Program-made: the position numbers and the translations under genes
The notes under the pieces: generated by a model
The model's input: the letters and a program-made list of their open reading frames with translations, nothing else
What the model was told of the DNA's origin: nothing
Databases searched by the model: none
In this document: positions 1 through 9,213 of the stretch, piece by piece
How the letters are laid out: the number at the start of each line of letters is the position of its first letter
Numbering within the stretch: position 1 is the stretch's first letter
From: Thermodesulfovibrionales bacterium
GTDB lineage: Bacteria; Nitrospirota; Thermodesulfovibrionia; Thermodesulfovibrionales; UBA6898
Length of the DNA: 17,361 nucleotides
Direction of reading: 5' to 3'
Assembly (NCBI GenBank): GCA_044450345.1
Contig: JBIOIY010000061.1
Location: 1-17,361 of the forward strand

Positions 1-25
1 GCTTATCGCTGCAGGAGATGGAATA

Positions 26-988
26 ATGGAAAGCGTGATGGCACAAGCCGCCGCGGGTGTTACCGAAGTAGATAAGTTGGTCCTTTGGGTGTTGACTGAC
101 AACTATTATGACAGAAATAGACTTGACAACAAGATTACAAAGCGGTACCGCTCCATGCCGGGGAAATCAATTCACGCGGAACACGGCCTTTCTTATTACG
201 TAGAAACAACAGTGAGTGGAAAAACCAGTGCCTGTATGTTCGATTTCGGGCTGGACCCCGTAGGCGTCATGAACAATATAGCGCTACTCGGGATCGACGT
301 TGGGAAGGCAAATGCCTTTAGTCTGAGCCATGGTCATTGGGATCACTATACGAGCGCGGTCAGCATCCTCAGGCAAAACCAGTCGCGGATCGCCGCAGGA
401 ACGCCGTTCTATGTTGGTGAAGAGGCTTTTGCCCAAAGATACGCACTCCGTCCTGGAACAACTGAACTCACGGACTTTGGGCAACTGAAGAGGGAAGACA
501 TCGAAGCTATCGGGCTCAAGGTTGTGGAGGTGAAAAACCTGGTTGAGATTGTTCCCGGCGCGTACTTTACGGGTAACATTGAGCGGGTTACCGCCTATGA
601 GAAGGTGCCGATGATGTTTCAGATAAAGCGCGGCGAAAAGATCGAACACGATACATTCCCCGGTGAGCAAGCGGTTTTTTTCAAGGTAAAAGGCAAGGGC
701 TTGGTGGTTCTTTCCGGATGCGCGCATGCCGGGATCGTCAATACGATCAAACAAGCGCAGAAGGTTGCCGGTGCAGACAAGGTCCATGCGATTATGGGTG
801 GTTTTCATCTGATCAATGCGAAGCAGGAGCTTATCCAGAGTACGGTGGCCGATATCAAAGCGATGAAGCCGGACTATATCGTGCCGACCCATTGTACCGG
901 ATTCGAGGCGATTGTAGCTTTCAGCAGAGAGATGCCCAACGAATTCGTAATGAATACGGCCGGAACGCAGTATACATTTACTGCTTAA
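26..988 (+). CDS. MBL-fold metallo-hydrolase (COG1237/MJ0448-like); may be 5'-partial
   Basis: HxHxDH motif (SHGHWDH) plus AEHGLS, FDFG, SGCAHAG, GGFHL and PTHCTG. The frame stays open to the window edge (LIAAGDGI before M), so an upstream signal peptide ending near AQA is possible. An AGGAG at 13-17 also fits a start at 26. Confidence 0.85.
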   Translation: MESVMAQAAAGVTEVDKLVLWVLTDNYYDRNRLDNKITKRYRSMPGKSIHAEHGLSYYVETTVSGKTSACMFDFGLDPVGVMNNIALLGIDVGKANAFSLSHGHWDHYTSAVSILRQNQSRIAAGTPFYVGEEAFAQRYALRPGTTELTDFGQLKREDIEAIGLKVVEVKNLVEIVPGAYFTGNIERVTAYEKVPMMFQIKRGEKIEHDTFPGEQAVFFKVKGKGLVVLSGCAHAGIVNTIKQAQKVAGADKVHAIMGGFHLINAKQELIQSTVADIKAMKPDYIVPTHCTGFEAIVAFSREMPNEFVMNTAGTQYTFTA

Positions 989-1000
989 TAGGAGGAAATT

Positions 1001-1480
1001 ATGTTTAAAAAAGTCTTGGTTTGCACGGCACTTGTCACAATGGCGATGGCCAATCCTGTCAGTTCGCAGCAATCTCCACCAACGTCCGAACAAGCGAAGC
1101 GGATCGAGACGCTGGTCAACAAGGCTGTGGCGATGGTCGAAACCCAAGGAAAGGCGGCCTTCTCCGAATTTAGAAAACGCGATAGCGAATGGTGGTTCGG
1201 TAACACGTATCTATTCGTCTACGATAAAGACATGAATGTGTTACTCAACCCCGCTTTCCCGAAGCGAGAGGGAACCAATGTACATGGCGATAAGGATGTC
1301 AACGGCAAGCTATTTCATGACGAGTTTATGAAAGTGGTTCAGTCCAAGGGGTCAGGCTGGGTCGATTATATGTTCCCTAAACCCGGGCAGACCCAACCGT
1401 CCCAGAAATGGAGCTACGTGAAGGCGGTGAAGATAGATGGAATTCCGGGGCTGATCGGTGCGGGTTTCTATCCCGAGTAA
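1001..1480 (+). CDS. Secreted stand-alone single Cache domain protein
   Basis: Sec-type signal peptide (MFKKVLVCTALVTMAMA); Cache motifs YLFVYD, DVNGK, GWVDYMFPKPG, KWSYV, GAGFY; SD AGGAGG; no second TM helix or output domain. Confidence 0.85.
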   Translation: MFKKVLVCTALVTMAMANPVSSQQSPPTSEQAKRIETLVNKAVAMVETQGKAAFSEFRKRDSEWWFGNTYLFVYDKDMNVLLNPAFPKREGTNVHGDKDVNGKLFHDEFMKVVQSKGSGWVDYMFPKPGQTQPSQKWSYVKAVKIDGIPGLIGAGFYPE

Positions 1481-1583
1481 CACTGGCCGGGATTTTGTCG
1501 GGTGCTACGGGAGCGAAATAGGGACCCCTGAATCAGGAAACAGTAGTTTACATCCGCAGCCAATCCAAAGGAGGAACATCAAC

Positions 1584-2117
1584 ATGTCTATAAAATCCGC
1601 CTTGATCATTGCCATGCTCTGCGCCGGGTTGCTCAGAGCCAGCCCGGTTCGAGCGCAACAATCTGCGCCGCCGAATCCTCTCGATACCGTACCGGAAAAG
1701 ATGCCTTTCGACATCCCTTACGGAACGCCAATATCACTCGAACGTGCCGAGTCGTCCATCGCCGCGACCGTGGCCGAAGCGAAGAGGCGTGATTGGAAGT
1801 TGTGCGTTGCCATAGTGGACTCCGGCGGGAATCTCGTCGCCTTCCAACGCATGGATGGGACGCAACTTGCCTCGATCCAGATCTCCCAGCACAAGGCGCA
1901 CGCTGCGGTGATCTTCCGTCGCGAAACAAAAGTATTCGAGAACAACATTCAGCTCGACAATCGGAACTTCGTTCTGACACTCGATGGGATGATCGGTTCA
2001 CGCGGCGGGATCCTGCTCGTCGAGGGGGGCAAGATAGTCGGCGCGATTGGGTGCTCCGGCGGGACGCCCTCGCAGGACGAGGTAGCTTGTAGAGCAGGCA
2101 CTGCGATCTTCAAGTAA
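1584..2117 (+). CDS. GlcG/HbpS (DUF336) heme-binding family protein with signal peptide
   Basis: VAIVDSGGNLVAFQRMDG, KAHAA, GGILL...GAIGCSGG..QDE motifs. Start moved to ATG 1584, which follows SD AAGGAGG and begins a signal peptide ending VRA/QQ. Confidence 0.85.
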   Translation: MSIKSALIIAMLCAGLLRASPVRAQQSAPPNPLDTVPEKMPFDIPYGTPISLERAESSIAATVAEAKRRDWKLCVAIVDSGGNLVAFQRMDGTQLASIQISQHKAHAAVIFRRETKVFENNIQLDNRNFVLTLDGMIGSRGGILLVEGGKIVGAIGCSGGTPSQDEVACRAGTAIFK

Positions 2118-2261
2118 GCCTAATCCAAGAGGAATCGAGGTCTACGCCAAAAGCGGAATGGCGCATAAGTAGTGTTCAGGACAAATGATAACCAGCTGTG
2201 CAGCAAGTCTCTTTTTTTTCGAAGCTTTCTTTCATCTGGAAATCTTGAATCATGGCATCGC

Positions 2262-2418
2262 GTCTGAGGCGTGACTTAGTGGCTGAAACAGAGGGACTCA
2301 GGTCTTTCCGAAGGTCTCATTTTCTGGGTGTATTCCTCGTGGAGTTTCGACTTATGATGACTGAGGATACGTCGGTGCTATTCGATAAAAATGCTATGGG
2401 TCGTGCCAGATGAAAGTG
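2262..2418 (-). repeat. Degenerate dispersed repeat, copy A (homologous to 8921-9063)
   Basis: Shares collinear blocks with copy B: cactttc.t.tgg.a, ccgac.tatcc.ca, cgaaactc, ataca, agaa, ttcgga and an exact 14-mer gtttcagccactaa (2276-2289, minus). Copy A has a 17-nt insertion before the 14-mer. Confidence 0.65.
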
Positions 2419-2489
2419 GCAGAAGAGCAATAGGGAAGCTTTATTGCAATCTTTATATAGTGGAGAAGGGCGGACGAGACGACGGAGCT

Positions 2490-3272
2490 TTACGGATAGT
2501 TGATCTGGAGCCTCTGAATACCGGTTGCTTTTCCGCTATCGCCACTGATCTCAATAGCGACGGCGGAAAGAATAGCGTCACCCTGAGCGGTCTCAAACTT
2601 TGCCGGCACGCTGGTCAAAAACCGCTGGATGATCTGGTTGATCTCCATCCCGATAACTGAATGGCTCGGGCCGGTCATGCCGACATCGGTTATATAGGCG
2701 GTCCCGTACGGGAGTATCTTTTCATCCGCGGTCTGCACATGGGTATGGGTGCCGATCACGGCGCTCACCCTTCCATCGACAAAATAACCGAAGGCGACTT
2801 TCTCTGATGTAGCCTCTGCATGGAAATCGACAATAATGATATCGGTCTCCCGTGAAAGTCTTTCGATCTCGGCCCGGCCTGTCCTGAAAGGGCAGTCCAT
2901 ACCGGTCATGAAAACCCTCCCAGAGATGTTCATCACTGCCGCCTTCAATCCGTTTTGGAGGGATATGACTATGCTGCCGCTCCCCGGCACGCCGGGCGGA
3001 TAGTTGAGAGGGCGCAAGACCCTGTTGTCCTTGGATATGTAAGGGATGAACTCTTTCTTGTCCCATACGTGGTTGCCCGTAGTGATGATATGGACCCCGA
3101 CCTTGAAAAGCTCGTCGACGAGCGACTCGGTAAGGCCGAAGCCGGCCGCGATATTCTCGCCGTTGGCGATGACGAAATCGATTTTATATTTGTCGACGAG
3201 GCTCGGCAGCAGGGCCTTGACAGCTGTCCTGCCGCCTTTTCCGACAATGTCACCTATGAAAAGGACTTTCAT
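2490..3272 (-). CDS. ymdB: YmdB/TIGR00282 family metallophosphoesterase
   Basis: FIGDIVG, NGEN, TGNH, DFHAEATSEK, GTHTHV and TDVGMTG motifs; conserved position downstream of rny. Confidence 0.95.
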   Translation of the reverse strand: MKVLFIGDIVGKGGRTAVKALLPSLVDKYKIDFVIANGENIAAGFGLTESLVDELFKVGVHIITTGNHVWDKKEFIPYISKDNRVLRPLNYPPGVPGSGSIVISLQNGLKAAVMNISGRVFMTGMDCPFRTGRAEIERLSRETDIIIVDFHAEATSEKVAFGYFVDGRVSAVIGTHTHVQTADEKILPYGTAYITDVGMTGPSHSVIGMEINQIIQRFLTSVPAKFETAQGDAILSAVAIEISGDSGKATGIQRLQINYP

Positions 3273-3282
3273 GTATCAAGTT

Positions 3283-3357
3283 AATAGTAAGTAGTGAGAA
3301 GTAAGTAGTAAAAGACCCTCTTTTACTTACTATTCACTATTTACTTCTTACTATTTA
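3283..3357. repeat. Inverted array of heptanucleotide repeats forming a long hairpin
   Basis: Units tagtaag/tagtgag/aagtaag/tagtaaa (3285-3312) face cttacta/ttcacta/tttactt/cttacta (3326-3353); perfect inner stem agtaaaaga-ccc-tcttttact (3307-3327). Confidence 0.85.
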
Positions 3358-3366
3358 CCCCCTGTT

Positions 3367-4929
3367 TTATTTTGCGTATTCAACATATCTCGACTCTCTT
3401 ATGACGGTCACCTTTATCTGGCCAGGATAAGACATTTCGGCCTCGATCTTCTTCGAGAGGTCCCTTGCGATCAACGACGACATCTCATCGTTGATGTCCT
3501 CCGGTTTCACGATGATCCGTATCTCTCTTCCCGCCTGGATGGCATAACACTTATCGACGCCCTTAAAGGAAAGCGCCATCTTTTCAAGTGCCTCGAGCCT
3601 CTTCAAATAGTGCTCGATACTTTCCCTGCGCACACCCGGTCTTGCCGCCGAGAGGGCGTCCGCAGCCGCAACGAGCGAGGCCTCGACCGTAATCGGGTCG
3701 CCTTCGCCATGATGTACCAGGATGGCATTTATGACCTTATTGTTTTCACTGTGTTTCCGTGCGAGATTCGCGCCGATCTCCTGGTGGGTCCCCTCGATTT
3801 CGTGGTCGACGGCCTTGCCGATATCATGGAGAAGGCCGGCCCTCTTAGCCAGTTTGGCATCGACGCCGATTTCTCCGGCCATCATCCCTGCGATGTAGGC
3901 CACCTCACGGGAATGCTGCAGCACGTTTTGGCCGTAGGAAGTCCTGTATTTCAGCCTTCCGAGAGTCTTGACGAGCTCCGGGTGGATGCCGGAAAGCCCC
4001 AGGTCGAAGACGGCCTTTTCCCCTTCTTCCCTGAGATTGATCTCCACTTCTTTTTTTACCTTTTCCACTATCTCTTCTATCCGTGTGGGATGGATGCGTC
4101 CGTCGGCGATTAGGCGCTCGAGCGAAAGCCTTGCGATCTCTCGCCGGACAGGGTCGAATGCGGAAAGTGTTACCATCTCAGGCGTATCGTCCACGATCAG
4201 GTCTACCCCGGTGGCCGCCTCGAGCGCCCTGATGTTTCTGCCTTCTCTGCCTATGATCCTGCCTTTCATTTCGTCGTTCGGAAGACTGACCGCCGTAACG
4301 GTCGCATCTGCAACATAATCGCTTGCGTACCGTTGTATTGCAGAACCCATGACCTCTTTGGCCTTCTTCTCTGCATTCTCCTTCGCCTCATCTTCGATCC
4401 TCTTGACAAGCTTTGCGATTTCGAAACGGCTGTCGTCTTCGGTGCGCCTGAGGATCTCCTGTTTCGCCTCTTCCGAGGTAATCCCGGAGAGTTTTTCGAG
4501 GACGAGGGTCTGTTCCTTCAGGAGGTTGTTGTACTTGTTCTCTTTTTCCTGTATCGTACGTTCCTTCCCGTTGTATTCTTTCTCCCTCTTGGAGAGTTCG
4601 TGATCCCGTTTGTCTACCTGATCGAATTTTCTCTCGATCGTTTCTTCCTTCTGTCTGAGCCTCTTTTCAAGATGGCCCAGTTCGGAACGTCTTTCACGCA
4701 ATTCTTTCTCCGCATCGGTCTTTGCCTGGTACACGATGTCCTTGGCCTCGAGAGACGCCTCTTTTTTTATTGATTCCGCCTCTTTGAGCGCCACATCGAC
4801 TATCTTTTTCTTTTCGGTATTGATTGAATCCCTTTGTGTCTTGAGGGCGTTTCTGTAAATAAGACTCAAGATCAGGCCGATCACGATTCCAGCGCCGACA
4901 GAGGCAAGCAGATAAACCATGTTAATCAT
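3367..4929 (-). CDS. rny: Ribonuclease Y
   Basis: N-terminal TM anchor, coiled coil, KH domain ([13 protein letters not shown]) and HD domain (LLHDIGK). Start moved to ATG 4929 (SD AAGGAGGAG 8 nt upstream), giving 520 aa; overlaps the end of rarA by 8 nt. Confidence 0.97.
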   Translation of the reverse strand: MINMVYLLASVGAGIVIGLILSLIYRNALKTQRDSINTEKKKIVDVALKEAESIKKEASLEAKDIVYQAKTDAEKELRERRSELGHLEKRLRQKEETIERKFDQVDKRDHELSKREKEYNGKERTIQEKENKYNNLLKEQTLVLEKLSGITSEEAKQEILRRTEDDSRFEIAKLVKRIEDEAKENAEKKAKEVMGSAIQRYASDYVADATVTAVSLPNDEMKGRIIGREGRNIRALEAATGVDLIVDDTPEMVTLSAFDPVRREIARLSLERLIADGRIHPTRIEEIVEKVKKEVEINLREEGEKAVFDLGLSGIHPELVKTLGRLKYRTSYGQNVLQHSREVAYIAGMMAGEIGVDAKLAKRAGLLHDIGKAVDHEIEGTHQEIGANLARKHSENNKVINAILVHHGEGDPITVEASLVAAADALSAARPGVRRESIEHYLKRLEALEKMALSFKGVDKCYAIQAGREIRIIVKPEDINDEMSSLIARDLSKKIEAEMSYPGQIKVTVIRESRYVEYAK

Positions 4930-6199
4930 CAGTAGTGCTCCTCCTTTTTTGCAGCCGTGATTTAATGACCTTTTCATATCCTTCCGTGGAAGGAGTATAA
5001 AAAGATTTATGGATATGCATATAGTCCTGTTTAATGTAATGTCCGTCGAAGCTGTGAGGATACAGGTATCCCTTTCCGGCTCCCAGCCTCTTAGCCCCGG
5101 CATAGTGGGAATCCTTAAGGTGGTCGGGGACAGGCTGAACGGGTTGGGTCCTGATCTCCTCGATCGCCTTTTCTATGGCGGAACACGAGGCATTGCTCTT
5201 GGGGGCCGCGGCAACGTAGATGGCCGCCTGTGACAGCGGTATCCTGCCTTCCGGCATCCCGATCCTCTCCAGTGCCTGCATGGCGGCTACTGCCACTGCG
5301 AGCGCCTGCGGGTCTGCATTGCCGACGTCTTCCGAGGCGCAGATGACGATCCTTCGTGCAATGAAGAGCGGGTCTTCTCCTGATTCGAACATCTTCGCCA
5401 TCCAGTAGACAGCTGCGTCCGGGTCTGACCCCCGCATGCTCTTTATGAAAGCGGAGATAGTATCGTAGTGGTCATCTTCATCATAGTAGAGTGTCTTGTT
5501 CTCTAAAACCTCTTTGACATGGCGGAGGGTTATGATGCGTCCGCCTTCTCCCCCGTCACCTGAAGAAAGGAAGGCGAGTTCGAGTATATTCAGCGCCCTT
5601 CTCGCATCGCCTTCGCTCACAGAGGCGATAAAGTCTATCGCTTCGTCTTCGATAGAGGCGCGATGGTCGCCGAGGCCCCTTGTGTCTGAAAGCGCCCTCG
5701 TTACAAGCCTTTTCAGATCGTCTTTAGGTATAGGACGGAACTGAAAGATCACAGACCGCGAAGAAAGTGCCGGGACAAGTGAAAAGAAGGGGTTTTGTGT
5801 AGACGCACCGATAAGCGTCAGTTCACCGGTCTCGATATAGGGGAGGAGGGCGTCCTGCTGTATCTTATTGAAACGGTGGATCTCGTCGACAAAGAGTATT
5901 GTTTTTTCAGACCTTATCGAAGAGACCGCCTCCCTTATCTCCTTTATGCCGGCGGTGACGGCGTTTATTGAGATGAATTCCGCCCTTGTTTTTTTTGCGA
6001 TAATATGGGCGAGGGCGGTCTTGCCTGTTCCCGGCGGACCGTATAATATAACGGAGACGATCTTGTCTTCTTCTATAAGCCGTCTGAGCGGTCTGAGCGG
6101 GCCAAGCAGATGGGATTGGCCGAGGAAGTCACCGAAATCCTCAGGCTGCATGCGCCAAGCAAGCGGAGAAGTCCTTCTCTGGGTCTTAAAAAGTTCCAA
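4922..6199 (-). CDS. rarA: Replication-associated recombination protein A (RarA/MgsA AAA+ ATPase)
   Basis: Walker A GPPGTGKT, Walker [47 protein letters not shown] start. Confidence 0.95.
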   Translation of the reverse strand: MELFKTQRRTSPLAWRMQPEDFGDFLGQSHLLGPLRPLRRLIEEDKIVSVILYGPPGTGKTALAHIIAKKTRAEFISINAVTAGIKEIREAVSSIRSEKTILFVDEIHRFNKIQQDALLPYIETGELTLIGASTQNPFFSLVPALSSRSVIFQFRPIPKDDLKRLVTRALSDTRGLGDHRASIEDEAIDFIASVSEGDARRALNILELAFLSSGDGGEGGRIITLRHVKEVLENKTLYYDEDDHYDTISAFIKSMRGSDPDAAVYWMAKMFESGEDPLFIARRIVICASEDVGNADPQALAVAVAAMQALERIGMPEGRIPLSQAAIYVAAAPKSNASCSAIEKAIEEIRTQPVQPVPDHLKDSHYAGAKRLGAGKGYLYPHSFDGHYIKQDYMHIHKSFYTPSTEGYEKVIKSRLQKRRSTTDD

Positions 6200-6201
6200 G
6201 T

Positions 6202-6228
6202 ATCATAGTCCTCGACCGGGACTATGAT
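6202..6228 (-). promoter_or_regulatory. 10-bp hairpin covering the rarA ribosome-binding site
   Basis: Minus strand reads atcatagtcc-cggtcga-ggactatgat-ac-TTG; the SD-like GAGGA spans the loop and 3' arm, 9 nt before the TTG. Confidence 0.6.
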
Positions 6229-6402
6229 TTACGCATGACTTTTGGTGTTGGGAAAGGACTGAATGTAAATGAAAATTGTTCTTGAAAATCTATGAGATAG
6301 CCCACAAAGGAGGGCCCGGATGTGCTGTATTTTCTTTTTTCCCTGATGCTTCCACCAAAAAGTGCGAAAACCATAGCCGCCAGCTTCATCAAAAATATAT
6401 GT

Positions 6403-6579
6403 ATCCCGCCCTGTCGTGTACATGAAGAATCAGATCCGCCTATTGGATAGGTGGGTGCCGTAAAGGTGGCTTTAGGCTTTTGACACCTGGTCAACATGCA
6501 CACCGACACCTTACGCAGGCTCCCAAAAGATCTAATTTGCCGGACCAACTTTTTCATATATCACTTACAGGGCAGGTAA
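6403..6579 (-). ncRNA. ssrS: 6S RNA
   Basis: About 177-nt rod: cctgccctgt (6576-6567) pairs with acagggcggg (6414-6405); also gtg/cac, tatatgaa/ttcatgta and ggtccg/cggatc, then a central bubble. Motifs gggagcc, ggtgtgcatg, aagcctaa and ggcacccacct resemble deltaproteobacterial-type 6S (from recall). Lies upstream of rny. Confidence 0.8.
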
Positions 6580-6603
6580 TTACCCTCAATACTTCCATAT
6601 TTA

Positions 6604-6633
6604 GTTATACCAGAACAGGGACTGTTTGAGCAA
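6604..6633 (-). promoter_or_regulatory. Putative sigma70 promoter for ssrS-rarA-rny-ymdB
   Basis: TTGCTC (6633-6628), 18 nt, TATAAC (6609-6604) with an extended TG motif. Confidence 0.5.
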
Positions 6634-6805
6634 GGAAAAATTCTTTTGGCACGCGGCCTGGGTATTGTATTAATAGTTGTTTTTTAATAAACTATTGAAA
6701 TGTGTATGAATCAGCCCGGTAATAGTGTGTCTATTGGTAGTCGCGGCGGGACCCGCGGCTCACTTAAGTAAGGACAGCGCTGCACAGACGACAGGAGGTC
6801 ATATT

Positions 6806-7024
6806 ATGTTTGGTCTGGGAATGCCTGAGCTTATCGTCATCCTTATTATAATCCTCGTCCTCTTCGGGGCGAACAGGTTGCCTGAGATCGGCAGAGGCGT
6901 CGGCCAGGCGATCAAGAACTTCAAGAAGGCCACTTCAGAGCCCGACGAGATAGACGTCACACCGAAAAAAGAGGTGACGAAGGACAGCGACAAAGGAGAC
7001 GGGGAAAAGGGTAAGGGTGAATAG
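6806..7024 (+). CDS. tatA: Twin-arginine translocase subunit TatA/E
   Basis: [49 protein letters not shown]; start moved to ATG 6806. Confidence 0.95.
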   Translation: MFGLGMPELIVILIIILVLFGANRLPEIGRGVGQAIKNFKKATSEPDEIDVTPKKEVTKDSDKGDGEKGKGE

Positions 7025-8114
7025 AGGACCTCTCGCAGAGATCGACCTTTCCGCGCTTCAACACAACCTCGAAACAGTCAGAAAGATCATCGATAAAAGA
7101 CCAGTCATTGCCGTTGTCAAGGCCGATGCCTATGGACATGGCTCGGTAGAGATTGCGCGAAGGCTTGTCGGTCTGGGCGTTACTCACCTTGCGGTAGCCT
7201 ATACCGGGGAGGCGAAACTCCTCCGGGAGTCTGGTATATCTGCAGAGATCATCGTGCTTTTCGACCGGTCCGACATAGAAGATTATTTTACCTATGGGCT
7301 TGTTCCGGTCGTCCAGGACAAGGGAACGGCCCGGGAATTCGGCGTTGAGGCGGTAAAAAGGGGCAGAAGCATCCGCGTCCATATGAAGGTAGATACCGGG
7401 ATGGGGAGGATAGGGTTCATGCCCGAAAAAGCGGTATGCGATGCCGTCGAGATCTCCGGTTGGGAGGGGATAGAACTGGCGGGACTCATGAGTCATTTTT
7501 CGGAGGCCGACCTGGCTGACAGGTCCTACGCTCTGCACCAGCTGAAGCTGTTCAACGAGATAAGGAGCGCCATCTCCGCCAGGATCGGGAGGCCGCTCAT
7601 GTCCCACATCGCCAACAGCGCGGCGGTCCTCACCTTTAAAGATGCCCTGATGGATGCGGTGCGGCCGGGGCTTCTCCTCTACGGATCTTCCCCTTTTCAG
7701 GATGGGTTCGGCCTCAGGCCGTTAATGACGATAAAGACCAGGGTGCTTGCAGTGAGGAGTCTTTGTGCAGGAACGCCGGTGAGCTACGGCAGGACCTTCG
7801 TTGCAAAGAACGACTGCAAGATAGCTGTTGTCCCGGTGGGATATGCAGACGGGTACAACCGCCTTTTTTCGAATAACGGGGAGATGCTTGTCTGCGGCGG
7901 GAGGGCGCCAGTTGCCGGAAGGGTCTGCATGGACGTGACGATGCTTGACGTTACCGGAATCGGAGGCGTATGCGAGGGTGACGAGGTCGTTATTTTGGGG
8001 CGCCAGGGGAACGAAACGATCACAGCGGCCGATCTTGCCGCCAGGATCGGCACGATCTCATATGAGATACTCACGTCTCTCGGCGGGAGGTCGAGAAGGG
8101 AATATATAAATTAA
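7017..8114 (+). CDS. alr: Alanine racemase
   Basis: PLP-lysine motif [50 protein letters not shown] start overlapping tatA. Confidence 0.97.
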   Translation: MNRGPLAEIDLSALQHNLETVRKIIDKRPVIAVVKADAYGHGSVEIARRLVGLGVTHLAVAYTGEAKLLRESGISAEIIVLFDRSDIEDYFTYGLVPVVQDKGTAREFGVEAVKRGRSIRVHMKVDTGMGRIGFMPEKAVCDAVEISGWEGIELAGLMSHFSEADLADRSYALHQLKLFNEIRSAISARIGRPLMSHIANSAAVLTFKDALMDAVRPGLLLYGSSPFQDGFGLRPLMTIKTRVLAVRSLCAGTPVSYGRTFVAKNDCKIAVVPVGYADGYNRLFSNNGEMLVCGGRAPVAGRVCMDVTMLDVTGIGGVCEGDEVVILGRQGNETITAADLAARIGTISYEILTSLGGRSRREYIN

Positions 8115-8133
8115 CTGACGAAGGGGGTAAATC

Positions 8134-8454
8134 ATGTCCAGACTGCCTAACCAATATGTGGGGATAGGGAAAAGGTTCAAGAAGTATTTTAATGCACTTA
8201 ACGCGCTTGGAAAGGCCGCGAAGGGCTCGGGACCGCTCGATGAAAGAATGTCCCAGCTCATACAACTTGCCGGGGCGGCGGCCGTACGGTCGGAAGGGGC
8301 AGTACATTCCCACGCGAGGAGGGCGCTCGAGGCCGGGGCAAAGCCGGAGGAACTGTACCATACCCTCCTTCTGCTTACGAGTACGATCGGCTTTCCGACT
8401 GTTTCCGCGGCGATCTCATGGATTGACGATGTCCTGGCGAAAAAGGGGCGGTGA
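8134..8454 (+). CDS. Carboxymuconolactone decarboxylase (CMD/AhpD-like) family protein without CxxC
   Basis: LDER...LIQLA, SEGAVHSHARRALEAGA..EEL and TIGFP motifs. Confidence 0.85.
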   Translation: MSRLPNQYVGIGKRFKKYFNALNALGKAAKGSGPLDERMSQLIQLAGAAAVRSEGAVHSHARRALEAGAKPEELYHTLLLLTSTIGFPTVSAAISWIDDVLAKKGR

Positions 8455-8920
8455 TTATTTTGCGGAAGTCAAAGAGGGCTTGCGATCTAAATAATATCCT
8501 CAGGACCCTCATATGCCTTTAACGCATCTTCAACGAAACAACATCCAGCTGAATGCGGAACAATCGAACTCGCAGAGTTTTTACTTGTAGACGGAAGCCC
8601 TGTAACCCGACGTTATTGCATTGTAGAAAACAAAAAAACCTTACACACTATGCGATGGTGACTATGCAAACGTGGCTATTAGGAAACCACTGCTTGGCGA
8701 TTAGCCGAAGCTTATCACCATCGTACAATGAATAAAGTTTTCTCCTAATATTTTGTTTGCACATCAGGTGGCTAATATATCTGTAATCACAATATCAGTC
8801 ATTAGAAATCTGTCAAGGACAGATATCCACAGGAGCCTTTTCAGGAAAGGGGGCGCTAAGAGAGAGTAACAGCAGGTGGGCAGGTCAGTGACATCTCTTG
8901 TAAATGGAATTAGCGACTTT

Positions 8921-9063
8921 CACTTTCTTTTGGAAGTCTTCGCTCCCCGCTTATAGCGGTGCCGAGAAGCCGACTTATCCGCACTTTCAAAAAACCGAAA
9001 CTCTATCAAGGATACAGTAAGAATAACATGTTCGGAGTTTCAGCCACTAACTTACATCATCAG
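8921..9063 (+). repeat. Degenerate dispersed repeat, copy B (homologous to 2262-2418, minus)
   Basis: By hand count, 24/34 ungapped identity over 8970-9003, 22/33 over 8996-9028 (these two blocks share cgaaactc), 12/15 at 8921-8935, and an exact 14-mer at 9037-9050. Confidence 0.65.
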
Positions 9064-9143
9064 CGAAATTGAATGTTAGTGATTATGAACGAAACGTGCC
9101 AAACAACCGCTCTTGTCTCACAGAGAGTCGCAATTCCCAAATG

Positions 9144-9172
9144 TTCCATTATGAGTTAATGAGGGGTATAAT
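9144..9172 (+). promoter_or_regulatory. Putative sigma70 promoter of the accessory membrane/lipid cluster
   Basis: TTCCAT (9144-9149), 17 nt, TATAAT (9167-9172), about 40 nt upstream of the first ORF. Confidence 0.5.
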
Positions 9173-9213
9173 GACAAAAGTAGCCAATGAGGTCGGCGCA
9201 GGGGAAAAAAGTG

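Noticed and set aside
284..1147. Long antisense or out-of-frame ORFs (e.g. 284-1147, 6957-7607, 12170-12760, 3610-4113)
   Set aside because: Shadows of well-supported genes with no motifs of their own.
2158..2185. dif-like site (atggcgcataa-gtagtg-ttcaggacaaa)
   Set aside because: The XerC-like arm matches in part, but the normally better conserved XerD arm (ttatgttaaat) does not.
3283..3357. CRISPR array
   Set aside because: Units are 7 nt with no spacers and there are no cas genes.
4930..5103. N-terminal extension of the 578-aa rny ORF
   Set aside because: It lies inside rarA; the SD and TM anchor indicate a start at 4929.
6222..6557. 111-aa ORF (and 64-aa ORF 6229-6423) on the minus strand
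   Set aside because: They overlap the 6S RNA structure and show no recognisable protein motifs; only the part downstream of 6S is kept as a speculative uORF.
6647..6661. Sigma54 promoter upstream of tatA (tggcac-N5-ctgg)
   Set aside because: The -12 element lacks the required GC.
6739..6790. Riboswitch in the tatA leader (GC-rich hairpin agtcgcgg/ccgcggct)
   Set aside because: A single hairpin that matches no aptamer consensus I recognise.
9045..9081. Integron attC-like pair cactaac...gttagtg
   Set aside because: Only 37 nt, does not fit RYYYAAC/GTTRRRY, has no L boxes, and no integrase or cassette array is present.
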